The position numbers were made by a program, and so were the translations under genes. A stretch of DNA of 64,000 nucleotides from a candidate division WOR-3 bacterium (GTDB taxonomy: Bacteria; Hydrothermota; Hydrothermia; B15-G9): the NCBI GenBank assembly GCA_015489175.1, contig WGAI01000012.1:36307-100306 (forward strand), written 5' to 3'. Shown one piece after another: positions 1 to 9,297 of this stretch (its first letter is position 1; each line of letters starts with the position of its first letter). The notes beneath the pieces were generated by a model. It ran no database searches. It saw nothing but the letters and a program-made list of their open reading frames with translations, and was not told the origin of the DNA.

Positions 1-645
<645 letters not shown>

Positions 646-717
646 TTATCGGTTTTTCCCTTTGAGTTGATTTTGAGCCCTATGCAAACGGCGTTTCATT
701 GCGTTACCATTACAGGC

Positions 718-1659
718 ATGAGGAGATTACATGAGCCTGTGCTCGTCCGCGAATTCCTTGAACTTGCATCTCCATCTCACGGCGAGGTCTGGGTTGATGC
801 GACGGCCGGCTTCGGCGGACACACCTTCGAGATAGCCAGAGCTGTTGGTGAGGACGGCGTCGTTGTCGCCATCGAAAAGGACCCGGTGACATACGAGATG
901 CTGGTGAACAATATTGCGGAGGTGGGGCTTGGGAATGTTGTGCCAATAAATTCAGACTACATAAAGCTTTCGGAGCTTGTCATTTTACATGTCGGACGGA
1001 GGCCCAACGGCGTTCTGTTCGATCTTGGGATTTCGTCGTTCCACATAGACGGGGCGGGTCGAGGTTTCAGTTATAGGAAGGACGAATATCTTGACATGAG
1101 GTTTGATCCATCGCGCGGCCAGCCACTTGCCGATGTCCTGAATTCGCTGTCTGAGGAGGACATCGCCAGCATAATCTACGCTTTCGGCGAGGAGCGGCGT
1201 GCCCGCAGGATCGCCTCTGCGATCTATCGAGCTGTCAGGAGGGGCGAGCTCACCCGAACGGCGGAGCTGAATGCGGCTATCCGTTCGGTCGTGCCGGCGA
1301 GGATCCTGAACGATGTTTTGCCGCGCGTTTATCAGGCGTTAAGGATTTTTATCAACGAAGAGCTTGAACATGTTGCGATTGGGCTTGCGAACGCTGCCGC
1401 ATCGCTTGAAGATGGCGGCAGACTTGCTATAATCTCTTACCATTCCCTTGAGGATAGGATTGCGAAGCAGCTCGGCAAACTTCCTATCTTTGAGCGGGTT
1501 AACAAAAAGGTTGTGCGGCCGTCAGAAGTGGAGAGGAAGCGCAACCCGCGCTCTCGCAGTGCAAAGATGCGGGTGCTTTTGAAAGTGGGGGATATGGATG
1601 AAAAGGACATTTATAATCATATTGCTGCTTTTGTTCCTCGGTTTCATCGTCGCCCTTGA
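718..1659 (+). CDS. rsmH: 16S rRNA (cytosine1402-N4)-methyltransferase RsmH/MraW
   Basis: ORF 631..1659. The RsmH-like N-terminus begins at internal Met (MRRLHEPVLVREF...). It contains the SAM-MTase GFGGH motif and the DLGISSFH motif typical of MraW. It sits in front of ftsL-ftsI as in dcw clusters. Confidence 0.9.
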   Translation: MRRLHEPVLVREFLELASPSHGEVWVDATAGFGGHTFEIARAVGEDGVVVAIEKDPVTYEMLVNNIAEVGLGNVVPINSDYIKLSELVILHVGRRPNGVLFDLGISSFHIDGAGRGFSYRKDEYLDMRFDPSRGQPLADVLNSLSEEDIASIIYAFGEERRARRIASAIYRAVRRGELTRTAELNAAIRSVVPARILNDVLPRVYQALRIFINEELEHVAIGLANAAASLEDGGRLAIISYHSLEDRIAKQLGKLPIFERVNKKVVRPSEVERKRNPRSRSAKMRVLLKVGDMDEKDIYNHIAAFVPRFHRRP

Positions 1660-1978
1660 GAACACTTTTTCTTATGCGATGGCGAAAAAGACCTATGAGC
1701 TCAAGAGGGAGCGGGATAGCCTCGAAAAAGTTACGGCGGATCTGCGTGACAGGGTGACGCGATTGAAGACCGTATCGAGAATAGAAAGCCTTGCCCGTGA
1801 CATGGGTATGAAATATGTATGGGAGATGGGAAATGTGGAGATTGAAACTCTTAAAATACATGTTCGTCCTCTGGACAATTCTGATTCTTTACTGGCTGTT
1901 CTCTTATCAAATAGTCCGAAAAGAGGCGCCAAAAGTAAAAGCGATCTCAAAAATAACGATACCGGCGAAAAGAGGTGA
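1598..1978 (+). CDS. ftsL: cell division protein FtsL-like (single TM helix plus coiled coil)
   Basis: 126-aa ORF with an N-terminal TM helix (FIIILLLLFLGFIVAL) followed by a coiled-coil-like segment (KRERDSLEKVTADLRDRVTRLK). It lies between rsmH and ftsI, and overlaps both neighbours out of frame. Confidence 0.65.
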   Translation: MKRTFIIILLLLFLGFIVALENTFSYAMAKKTYELKRERDSLEKVTADLRDRVTRLKTVSRIESLARDMGMKYVWEMGNVEIETLKIHVRPLDNSDSLLAVLLSNSPKRGAKSKSDLKNNDTGEKR

Positions 1979-3428
1979 GATTTTCGATAGGTATGGGCGC
2001 GGTTTCGCATTGAATGTGCCCGGCCTGATTGTCTATCAGATCTCTAACAAGGTAGAGCCGTTTGAGCCGCTCGCAAAGTGGATAGGTGACTCGGCCATAA
2101 AACCACTTCCTCAGGGCACATTTGCCCTGTTGCTCGCCTATGACCTGCCAATTCAGGCTTACAACGACCTGAAAAGGGTTAAGGGCATACGGATAGATAA
2201 GTTCTGGAGTCGGGATTACCCTTATGATTACGCCTCTCTGTCGCTGATAGGCCGGGTTGACAGGAACGGGAAGGGCACTCGCGGAGTTGAATCGTCGCTG
2301 AACGACCTGCTGTCAGGCAAATCTGGCTACATGCATGTCTATCGGACCGCTGACGGCAAGCTTATGTTCAGCACCGACCTGCCGCATGAGGAGCCCCAGG
2401 ACGGTATGAACTTCTACCTTACCATAGATGCTGACATTCAGGATTTTGCTTACGATCAACTTAAAAAATGGGTCGTGAAACACGGTGCAAAACACGGACT
2501 TGTGATTGTGGCCGATCCGATGACCGGAGAGATTCTGGCGATCGTCAACTACCCGCCTTCTGACCTCAAGGACTACGCTGTGAAGGATCCCTATGAGCCA
2601 GGATCCACTTTTAAGATAGTGACTTACACTTATGCTTACGAAAACGAAGTAATCGACCCGATGGACTCTGTGAGCACGGGCAACGGGTATCTTGAGATTC
2701 AGAACCACAAAATCAGGGATGTGCATCCCATGGGCAAAATCACATGGAAAGATGCGCTTGTGCATTCGTCGAATGTTGCCACATCGAAACTTGCCTTGAG
2801 AATAGGAAAATACAGGATCGCCCGTGAAGCACTGAAGTTCGGGTTTGGGACATATTCGGGCATACTGTTACCGGCTGAGTCGTTCACGAGCGCACCGAAC
2901 ATGCATGTTTCCCTGTGGGACAGCGTGACATTTGCGGGTTTTGCGATAGGTCAGGGTGTCCTTGTCAACGGCGTGCAGATGGTTATGGCATATTCGGCTC
3001 TGGCCAACGGTGGCTATCTACTCGTCCCGAAGCTGATAAGGGCGTATGAGAGCGACGGCGAGCTGATCAGGACACCAGACAGAATTGTCATTCGGAAAGT
3101 GATGAAACGCAAGACAGCCAGGTTACTTACCGAGATCCTGACTCAGGTCGTCGATTCAGGAACAGGCAGGTTGGCACGGATAAAAGGCGTGAAGATCGCC
3201 GGCAAAACCGGGACCGCCCAGAAATTTGACAAAAAAACAGGTAGATACAGCACTAACCGCGTTACAAGCTCGTTTATCGGATTTTTCCCTGCCGAAGCGC
3301 CGAGATACCTCGTTTATGTCGTGATTGACGAGCCCAAAGGTGTAAATTATGGTGGATATGTGGCCGCCCCGCTTTTCAAACGCATCGCTCTGTTCCTCCT
3401 GAACAGGAACCGATTTAGGTCGTGGTGA
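1815..3428 (+). CDS. ftsI: peptidoglycan D,D-transpeptidase FtsI (class B PBP)
   Basis: N-terminal TM helix, PBP dimerisation region, and transpeptidase motifs STFK, SSN and KTGT (KIAGKTGTAQK). The true start may be one of the Mets at 1815, 1833 or 1857. Confidence 0.9.
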   Translation: MYGRWEMWRLKLLKYMFVLWTILILYWLFSYQIVRKEAPKVKAISKITIPAKRGEIFDRYGRGFALNVPGLIVYQISNKVEPFEPLAKWIGDSAIKPLPQGTFALLLAYDLPIQAYNDLKRVKGIRIDKFWSRDYPYDYASLSLIGRVDRNGKGTRGVESSLNDLLSGKSGYMHVYRTADGKLMFSTDLPHEEPQDGMNFYLTIDADIQDFAYDQLKKWVVKHGAKHGLVIVADPMTGEILAIVNYPPSDLKDYAVKDPYEPGSTFKIVTYTYAYENEVIDPMDSVSTGNGYLEIQNHKIRDVHPMGKITWKDALVHSSNVATSKLALRIGKYRIAREALKFGFGTYSGILLPAESFTSAPNMHVSLWDSVTFAGFAIGQGVLVNGVQMVMAYSALANGGYLLVPKLIRAYESDGELIRTPDRIVIRKVMKRKTARLLTEILTQVVDSGTGRLARIKGVKIAGKTGTAQKFDKKTGRYSTNRVTSSFIGFFPAEAPRYLVYVVIDEPKGVNYGGYVAAPLFKRIALFLLNRNRFRSW

Positions 3429-3796
3429 AATCGGCGATTGAGAGGCTGTTTCAGTTTGGATCTGCCGGGTGTCGCATTGCATTCTCGATAGCATTTCTCG
3501 GCCCCTGATCATCTGGCGATTTTGTATCCCGTGATGCGGACACACATGGCGATTCAAATGCTATCTGACAGGTTTAGGCCAATCTCACGGTGTTCTTTCT
3601 CTCGTGTATGGAGCTTAACTCCTTCTTTAACAAATAAATTCTCTTTCATGGTGCATCGAGAAATGTGGCTGCAGGTCGTTTTTTAAGATTGGTCAATGAC
3701 AGGGTTATCAGGTGTTTTTTTCGATAGCTTGATTTGCCTTGACAGGCTTTTTCTGCAACCATTAAAATGTCCCCAATAAAAGGGAGGCGTTGGAAG

Positions 3797-4252
3797 ATGT
3801 TGAAAGAGCTTTTGAAGAAAGAGCATTTGATCATGAATATGCAGGCGCGGCAGAAAGACGAAGCGCTCGAAGAGCTGGTCAAGGTTCTGAAATTCCCGCC
3901 AGACAAAGAACGCCTGCTCCTTGAAACGCTGAAGAAGCGCGAATCCATAGGTTCGACTGGAATTGGCAAAGGGATTGCCATTCCGCATGCGAGGAGCGTG
4001 GTGCTGGACAAAGTGTATCTTGTCGTAGGGCGTTCTAAGGAGGGCGTGGACTTCGATGCGCTTGACGGCAAGCCTGTGCACCTGTTTTTCATGCTTGCAG
4101 CTCCTCCTCAGGATCCGGGCACACAATACCTTATAGCGCTCGGTAAGATAGCGGCGCTTGCAAGAAAACTGGTCAAAAATCAAGACTATCTCAACATTGA
4201 TGATCCTGATGAGTTCATAGAGTATCTCGTAAAATTAGCTGAGGAAGAATAG
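3797..4252 (+). CDS. ptsN: PTS EIIA type-2 domain protein (PtsN / EIIA-Ntr-like regulator)
   Basis: ORF 3767..4252. An internal ATG at 3797 is preceded by an AAGGGAGG RBS. The IAIPHAR phospho-histidine motif is characteristic of fructose/nitrogen-type EIIA proteins. About 150 aa. Confidence 0.75.
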   Translation: MLKELLKKEHLIMNMQARQKDEALEELVKVLKFPPDKERLLLETLKKRESIGSTGIGKGIAIPHARSVVLDKVYLVVGRSKEGVDFDALDGKPVHLFFMLAAPPQDPGTQYLIALGKIAALARKLVKNQDYLNIDDPDEFIEYLVKLAEEE

Positions 4253-4254
4253 CC

Positions 4255-4647
4255 ATGATAAGCGGAACTCTGGAGATCCTCATAAAGCTCCAGGACCTTG
4301 AGCACATGCTCGAGGAGCTTAACTCCCCTGAATACCTTAACATCCTGAAAGAGTCATCCGGGCTTTCGGATGAGGAAGCACGGGAAAAGATTCAGAAATC
4401 GGTAGAATCTTTGAAAGAGGATATAAAAGGACTTAAAGAAACACTACCCAAGGATATAGTCAAAAAATACGACAGGCTAATAAAGCGTTATGGCAGAGCT
4501 GTGGTGCCTGTTGTAAACGAAACCTGCCTCAATTGCTTCTCTCATATCCCAACATCGTTTCTCACAAAATCAGGTGAATTGGTCGAGTGTCCCAACTGTG
4601 GGGCGTTTCTTTATCTGCCGATACCTGAGAAAGAAAAGAAAAGCTGA
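4255..4647 (+). CDS. C4-type zinc-ribbon domain protein (coiled coil plus CxxC...CxxC)
   Basis: 130 aa. A coiled-coil N-half is followed by CLNCFSHIP...CPNCGAFLY, which resembles the putative zinc-ribbon (zf-RING_7 / DUF164) family. It starts 3 nt after the ptsN-like stop. Confidence 0.6.
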   Translation: MISGTLEILIKLQDLEHMLEELNSPEYLNILKESSGLSDEEAREKIQKSVESLKEDIKGLKETLPKDIVKKYDRLIKRYGRAVVPVVNETCLNCFSHIPTSFLTKSGELVECPNCGAFLYLPIPEKEKKS

Positions 4648-4656
4648 TAATTTTCA

Positions 4657-4690
4657 GGCGGGGCGGCCGAAGGCCGCCCCGCCTTTTCTC
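4657..4690. terminator. bidirectional rho-independent terminator
   Basis: GGCGGGGCGGCC-GAAG-GCCGCCCCGCC hairpin flanked by TTTTCA on the left and TTTTCTC on the right. It sits between convergent genes (zinc-ribbon + / TonB receptor -). Confidence 0.85.
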
Positions 4691-6585
4691 TATCCACCTA
4701 TCACAAAGCCCACCGTGATCGTCCTTCCGGGCATCGGATAATAGGGTTCTTCCTCGTAGAGCGCATCGAACAGATTTTTGACTGAAATGAACCCTTTTAC
4801 TGGACCCCAGATGACCTGTTCTGTGTAAATGTTGGCGACTATGCACGGTGCGAGTATCTTTTCTGGCCAGAACCGCCTGCTGCGGTAGTAAACCGATCCT
4901 CTGATGAGTTGCGTTTTTGACGGCCGATATTCGGCTGAAAGGGTTATTTTGTGGTTGGCTATCCCCGGTAGTATCCTGTGCGTGGTCAAATCCTCTCCTA
5001 TCAGGTTTGTGTAAGAAAATGACAGGTCGAAATAGTTGCCCCGTTTGAACTTAACCGTCAGCTCCGAGCCCGCCGTGAAGGCATTGGCGATATTTCGGTA
5101 TATGGAATCCCTTGAAGGCCTATCGATCATGTCGTTTATGTCGTTGTAAAATCCGATCAGGCTGAGTTTGACAGACCTGTAATCGATCGAAATCCCGCCC
5201 TGAACGCGCGTCGCCTCCTCCGGTTTTAGATGTGGGTTGCCCGATTTTATTGAGAAGAGTTCATGCCCTGTGGGGAAGCGGCTGTTTCGGGAAAGATACA
5301 ACCATGTCTTTGCGAAACTGAGGGGTGAGACTGACACGCCGACCTGAGGGTTGAGTATGTGAGCCCATGCAACCATCGAATCGGTTTTGAAGAATGGAAC
5401 GGATAGGCCTGCTGAAACGATGAAGCTCTCGGTTTGCCTATCTATGTGGGCGACGAGGTTGGCGGTGTTCATCGTGTTCCTTCTCCATGCCGCATTGAGG
5501 TCAGGGTGCCGATTCATCTTATCGAGCCGATACTGGAGGCCGAACTTCAATGTTATGGAGTTCGACGGCGTGTATCTGGTCTCCCACACTGTGCCCCAAT
5601 CGCGCAGGTCATGCAAACTATTCCACCAAATGTCGTTCGGATCGAATTCGCGTGTCCGATAGCTTATCAGGTCGTTGACGAATTTATCGGCATAGAGCTT
5701 GCCCCTTACGCTCAGGTTCACGGTCGGCCTGAACTCTCCACTCAGATCCACAAAGTCGCGGTTCCAGTAGGGAAATCTCCAGAAAGAAGCGTCCATTTTC
5801 ATCGCAGGCGGCACTCCCTTGCTCGACCTGTAACTTCCAACCGACATCCCGACATGGAGCTGTGAGCCGTATCGATAACCCAATTTCAGCTGGATGTTTG
5901 TCCTCGAATAATCGCTGTTGTCTCGGAGCCCTCCATCCTCAAATCCGTTGGGCTCAAATGTGTCGGGCAGCGGAAAGCCCTTTGACGCGCTACTATAAAA
6001 GTTCAATGCGTAGTAAAGTCTGGCGAGGTTGGGCAATGTGAATGGTCTGCCGTTGTTGAGTTTAAAGTCGTAGGTGTTGCCGGAACCGTAATCGAACATT
6101 ATCCGCGTGTAGGGTTTATCGTCAGGTGCCTCTGTCACTATGTTGACTATACCGCCCATGCCGTTAACCGCAACAGTAGGCGCAATGTTCCCCTGAATTA
6201 CATCGATGCGGGAGACATTATCGGTCGTTATCGAGAGCAGATCGGCGCTCCCGTAATACGGATTGTTGACAGGACGGCCATCGACAAGGACGGCTATCCT
6301 TTTTGAGGTGAAACCTTGAATCGTCAGGGAGGCTTCATTTTTGAAGCCTACGGTGATGTCAACGCCGGGAACGAGCTTTACAGCCTCAGCCACAGTGCGC
6401 GCACCCTGTTTCTGAATGGATTTGAGATCGACTTTTTCGGGCGGTATGACCCATTTCGATACCCGTTTCGCGACAACGAACATCTCGCCGAGGAAGTAAG
6501 TCGGCATGGAATCCGTTGATGTCGTGTCACTTTTAACGGCGTGGAGGGGGAAGGCAAACAACAACAGAATTAGGAATTTTTTCAT
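4690..6585 (-). CDS. TonB-dependent outer-membrane receptor
   Basis: Signal peptide, plug domain (ARTVAEAVKLVPGVDI...LVDGRPVN...IDVIQG), and a long beta-barrel region. 631 aa. Confidence 0.85.
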   Translation of the reverse strand: MKKFLILLLFAFPLHAVKSDTTSTDSMPTYFLGEMFVVAKRVSKWVIPPEKVDLKSIQKQGARTVAEAVKLVPGVDITVGFKNEASLTIQGFTSKRIAVLVDGRPVNNPYYGSADLLSITTDNVSRIDVIQGNIAPTVAVNGMGGIVNIVTEAPDDKPYTRIMFDYGSGNTYDFKLNNGRPFTLPNLARLYYALNFYSSASKGFPLPDTFEPNGFEDGGLRDNSDYSRTNIQLKLGYRYGSQLHVGMSVGSYRSSKGVPPAMKMDASFWRFPYWNRDFVDLSGEFRPTVNLSVRGKLYADKFVNDLISYRTREFDPNDIWWNSLHDLRDWGTVWETRYTPSNSITLKFGLQYRLDKMNRHPDLNAAWRRNTMNTANLVAHIDRQTESFIVSAGLSVPFFKTDSMVAWAHILNPQVGVSVSPLSFAKTWLYLSRNSRFPTGHELFSIKSGNPHLKPEEATRVQGGISIDYRSVKLSLIGFYNDINDMIDRPSRDSIYRNIANAFTAGSELTVKFKRGNYFDLSFSYTNLIGEDLTTHRILPGIANHKITLSAEYRPSKTQLIRGSVYYRSRRFWPEKILAPCIVANIYTEQVIWGPVKGFISVKNLFDALYEEEPYYPMPGRTITVGFVIGG

Positions 6586-6638
6586 ATTTATCGCCTCTCA
6601 GAAAGGGAGCTGCCCCGAAAGTTCGGGGCAGCCACAAT

Positions 6639-7379
6639 TCAATCCGAAGGTTTGATTATGGCCTGAAGGAATTTTATTCGGTAAGCACTGCCCATGTCCG
6701 GAACAAACTTGACCTTTCTGGAAACCGTGTTCCAGTATCCGTTGAGCAGCTGCGCACCGGTCACATCCTTCGAATATCCATCAACTGCCCTCAATGTGTA
6801 AACGGCTGTTGTATCCAGCACAAACATTGTGTCAGACGCCTCAAGAACGCTTACGAGCGGCACGCAGAGCGTATCCTCAACCGTCACGGTGTCGCAATCG
6901 TCTATCGGAACCTGAACGCTATCCGTGTCGCCCACAACCCAGAACTGGCGAATCACTTTCAGCGTATCGACATCCCTGATGTTGTAACGACGAGATAGGC
7001 CGAGCGTGGTGTCCCAGAAGACATCCCTTGTTGAGACATCGATGTAGCCGAACTCAAGCTGATCCCATGTGTTGTCAGGCGAGCCCTTCTTGTGGGCGTA
7101 GAAACCGTCCGAGCCGATGAAACGATAGCCGTAAAGTTGATAGAGCTTGTTGCCGTTATCGTCGGTCTCAAGTGGCAGGTCGGATGTGGTCACGAACTCG
7201 GACGCCTGAATCGCCTCAATCCCCCCGACATTGATGTGTGGCAGCTCGCTAAAGTGTTTCTGCAGCTCGACATTCTCGAACTTAACGGTGATGAACTTAT
7301 CCTCCTCCTGTGGGGTCTGAGAACATGCAGTTAACCCCACTATTGCCGCAGCTGTTGCTATTACCAGCAGTCTCCTCAT
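6639..7379 (-). CDS. lipoprotein of unknown function, co-oriented upstream of the TonB receptor
   Basis: Lipobox LTAC after a signal peptide. 246 aa. No recognisable catalytic motifs. Possibly a TBDR-associated surface lipoprotein (DUF4249-like guess). Confidence 0.6.
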   Translation of the reverse strand: MRRLLVIATAAAIVGLTACSQTPQEEDKFITVKFENVELQKHFSELPHINVGGIEAIQASEFVTTSDLPLETDDNGNKLYQLYGYRFIGSDGFYAHKKGSPDNTWDQLEFGYIDVSTRDVFWDTTLGLSRRYNIRDVDTLKVIRQFWVVGDTDSVQVPIDDCDTVTVEDTLCVPLVSVLEASDTMFVLDTTAVYTLRAVDGYSKDVTGAQLLNGYWNTVSRKVKFVPDMGSAYRIKFLQAIIKPSD

Positions 7380-7511
7380 GGCTTTACCTCCTTTCCGAGC
7401 ACGGGAGGCCGACGGATTTCTCCATCGACCCTATCGGCCATGTGCCTTGGGCCACCGCCTTTAGGACACATGGCTCGGAGGCCCGGCATGTGTTTTGTGG
7501 GTGTCCCCAAA

Positions 7512-8489
7512 TCATACGACTCTTGCACGCATCAAGTCGTGTAAATGGATTATCCCGATCGGATGTTTATCCTCATCGACAACGATAAGTGCTGTAATAC
7601 CAAATTCTTCCATCTTCCGAGCCGCCTTGATAGCGAGCTCGTGTTTTTTGATTGTTTTGGGATTTCTTGTCATCACATCACGCGCCTTGAGCGAAAAGAT
7701 GTCTTTTTCCCGTTCAAGCAACCGTCTCAGATCACCGTCTGTGAAGACGCCGACAACCCGGTTTTCGCTGTCAACCACACTCGTTATACCTCTCTTGGAT
7801 GTCATTTCGAGTATGACCTCTTTCATGCTCGCATCTTCTGGCACCACAGGGACATACTTCTCGCCTGTCAGCATCATGTCCTCGACTTTGAGCCAAAACT
7901 TCTTGCCGATAGCGCCGCCGGGATGGAGTGCAGCGAAATCCTCGACCTTCAGTCCCTTCTCGTTCATCAAAACGATGGCCAGTGCATCGCCGAGCGCCAT
8001 CGTGGCTGTGGTCGAAGTGGTCGGAGCGATGTCGTAAGGGCAGGCTTCCCGTGTCACGCTCAGATCTATTACGATGTCGGCAAGTTGCGCGAGCTGGGAA
8101 CCCGGGCTTGCTGTGATGGCGATTATGGGCAGTCCCCACCGTTTGAGAAGCGGAATCAGCGCTCTGAACTCGTCCGATTCCCCGCTTTTGGATATGGCGA
8201 TTACTACATCGTCCTTTCCCACGATGCCGAGGTCACCGTGAAGCGACTCGGTCGGATGCAGGAAGATGGCAGGTGTACCCATGCTGGTCAGAGTTGCGGC
8301 TATCTTTTTGCCGACTATGCCGGATTTCCCAACTCCTGTGACGATCACCCTTCCGCTCGGCGAGTGCTCAAGGATAAGCTTGACTGCATCGACGAAGCTC
8401 TGCCCGAGCCCGTTCAATAGCTCTCTGAGGCCCCTTATCTCGGAACGAATTACATTTCTGCCAAGCTCTAAAATCTCTTCATCGCTCAT
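7512..8489 (-). CDS. kdsD: arabinose-5-phosphate isomerase (KdsD/KpsF family, SIS + tandem CBS)
   Basis: SIS-domain motifs (VIVTGVGKSG, AISKSGES) plus two C-terminal CBS domains. 325 aa, typical KpsF/GutQ length. Confidence 0.9.
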   Translation of the reverse strand: MSDEEILELGRNVIRSEIRGLRELLNGLGQSFVDAVKLILEHSPSGRVIVTGVGKSGIVGKKIAATLTSMGTPAIFLHPTESLHGDLGIVGKDDVVIAISKSGESDEFRALIPLLKRWGLPIIAITASPGSQLAQLADIVIDLSVTREACPYDIAPTTSTTATMALGDALAIVLMNEKGLKVEDFAALHPGGAIGKKFWLKVEDMMLTGEKYVPVVPEDASMKEVILEMTSKRGITSVVDSENRVVGVFTDGDLRRLLEREKDIFSLKARDVMTRNPKTIKKHELAIKAARKMEEFGITALIVVDEDKHPIGIIHLHDLMRARVV

Positions 8490-9040
8490 CTTCTCAATCC
8501 TACGGTTTTAAGTTTATCGTAAATCGGGCCTGAAGGCGTCAGAGTGCTCTTGTAGATCACGATTTCCCTGATCGTAAACGGAGGCAGCGACTCATTTTTA
8601 AGTCCGAGCTGTGAGAACCTGACTTTGTGGCCGTATCTGCGCGTCCTCGCTATCGTCAGATGTGCTTGAAACGGTCGTTTTTCGCGCTTGAATCCTATTT
8701 TTGATAGAGCAATGTCGATCTCGTTAGCGATACTGGAAAGCACATCAGCTCCCCTGTCGATGCCCAGCCACAGCACACGAATCGCTCCGCCGGAATCGAA
8801 GGATCCGGGCGCCCCGATCTGAAGCTCAAATGGTCGGTGGTTTGATGCAACTTCCCTGACAACTTTCTCAACTTCATGCAGCCGTTTCTCCTCGATCTCA
8901 CCTAAAAATTTCAATGTGATGTGGAGGTTGATCGGCTCCACCCATTTCAGATCGGGATATTTAATCCTTGCTGGCTTTATGGAAGATGCAATTCTCTTTT
9001 TATGGCTTTCCGGCAGGTCAACTGCGATAAAAGTTCTCAT
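8486..9040 (-). CDS. thpR: RNA 2',3'-cyclic phosphodiesterase ThpR (2H phosphoesterase, LigT-like)
   Basis: Two HxT/S motifs (HITLKFLG and HLTIAR) at the expected spacing. 184 aa. Confidence 0.85.
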   Translation of the reverse strand: MRTFIAVDLPESHKKRIASSIKPARIKYPDLKWVEPINLHITLKFLGEIEEKRLHEVEKVVREVASNHRPFELQIGAPGSFDSGGAIRVLWLGIDRGADVLSSIANEIDIALSKIGFKREKRPFQAHLTIARTRRYGHKVRFSQLGLKNESLPPFTIREIVIYKSTLTPSGPIYDKLKTVGLRR

Positions 9041-9297
9041 GGCGCTGAGATTTTAACTGAAAGAAAAGCCCTTTTCAATTTGGCGCACTGCGCATCGTTA
9101 TGGCTTTTAAATTCAGTTGGTTATGATGAAATCCTTATCATAGCCATGAAATGCGGCGTCGGACTTCGAGATAGGTTGAGAGATTAAGATAATCTTTTAT
9201 GTGGCATCCGCTGAGCGACGAATTGTCTCTGCGCCAAGTGATTGCATAACATGGCCTAACACATTAAAATTCAAGGCCAAACGAGGGAGAGAGTGTC

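Noticed and set aside
7545-8420. 291-aa plus-strand ORF antisense to kdsD (and a similar 180-aa ORF at 7495..8037)
   Set aside because: It is fully nested antisense in a well-supported kdsD gene. Cys/His/Arg-rich shadow-frame composition.
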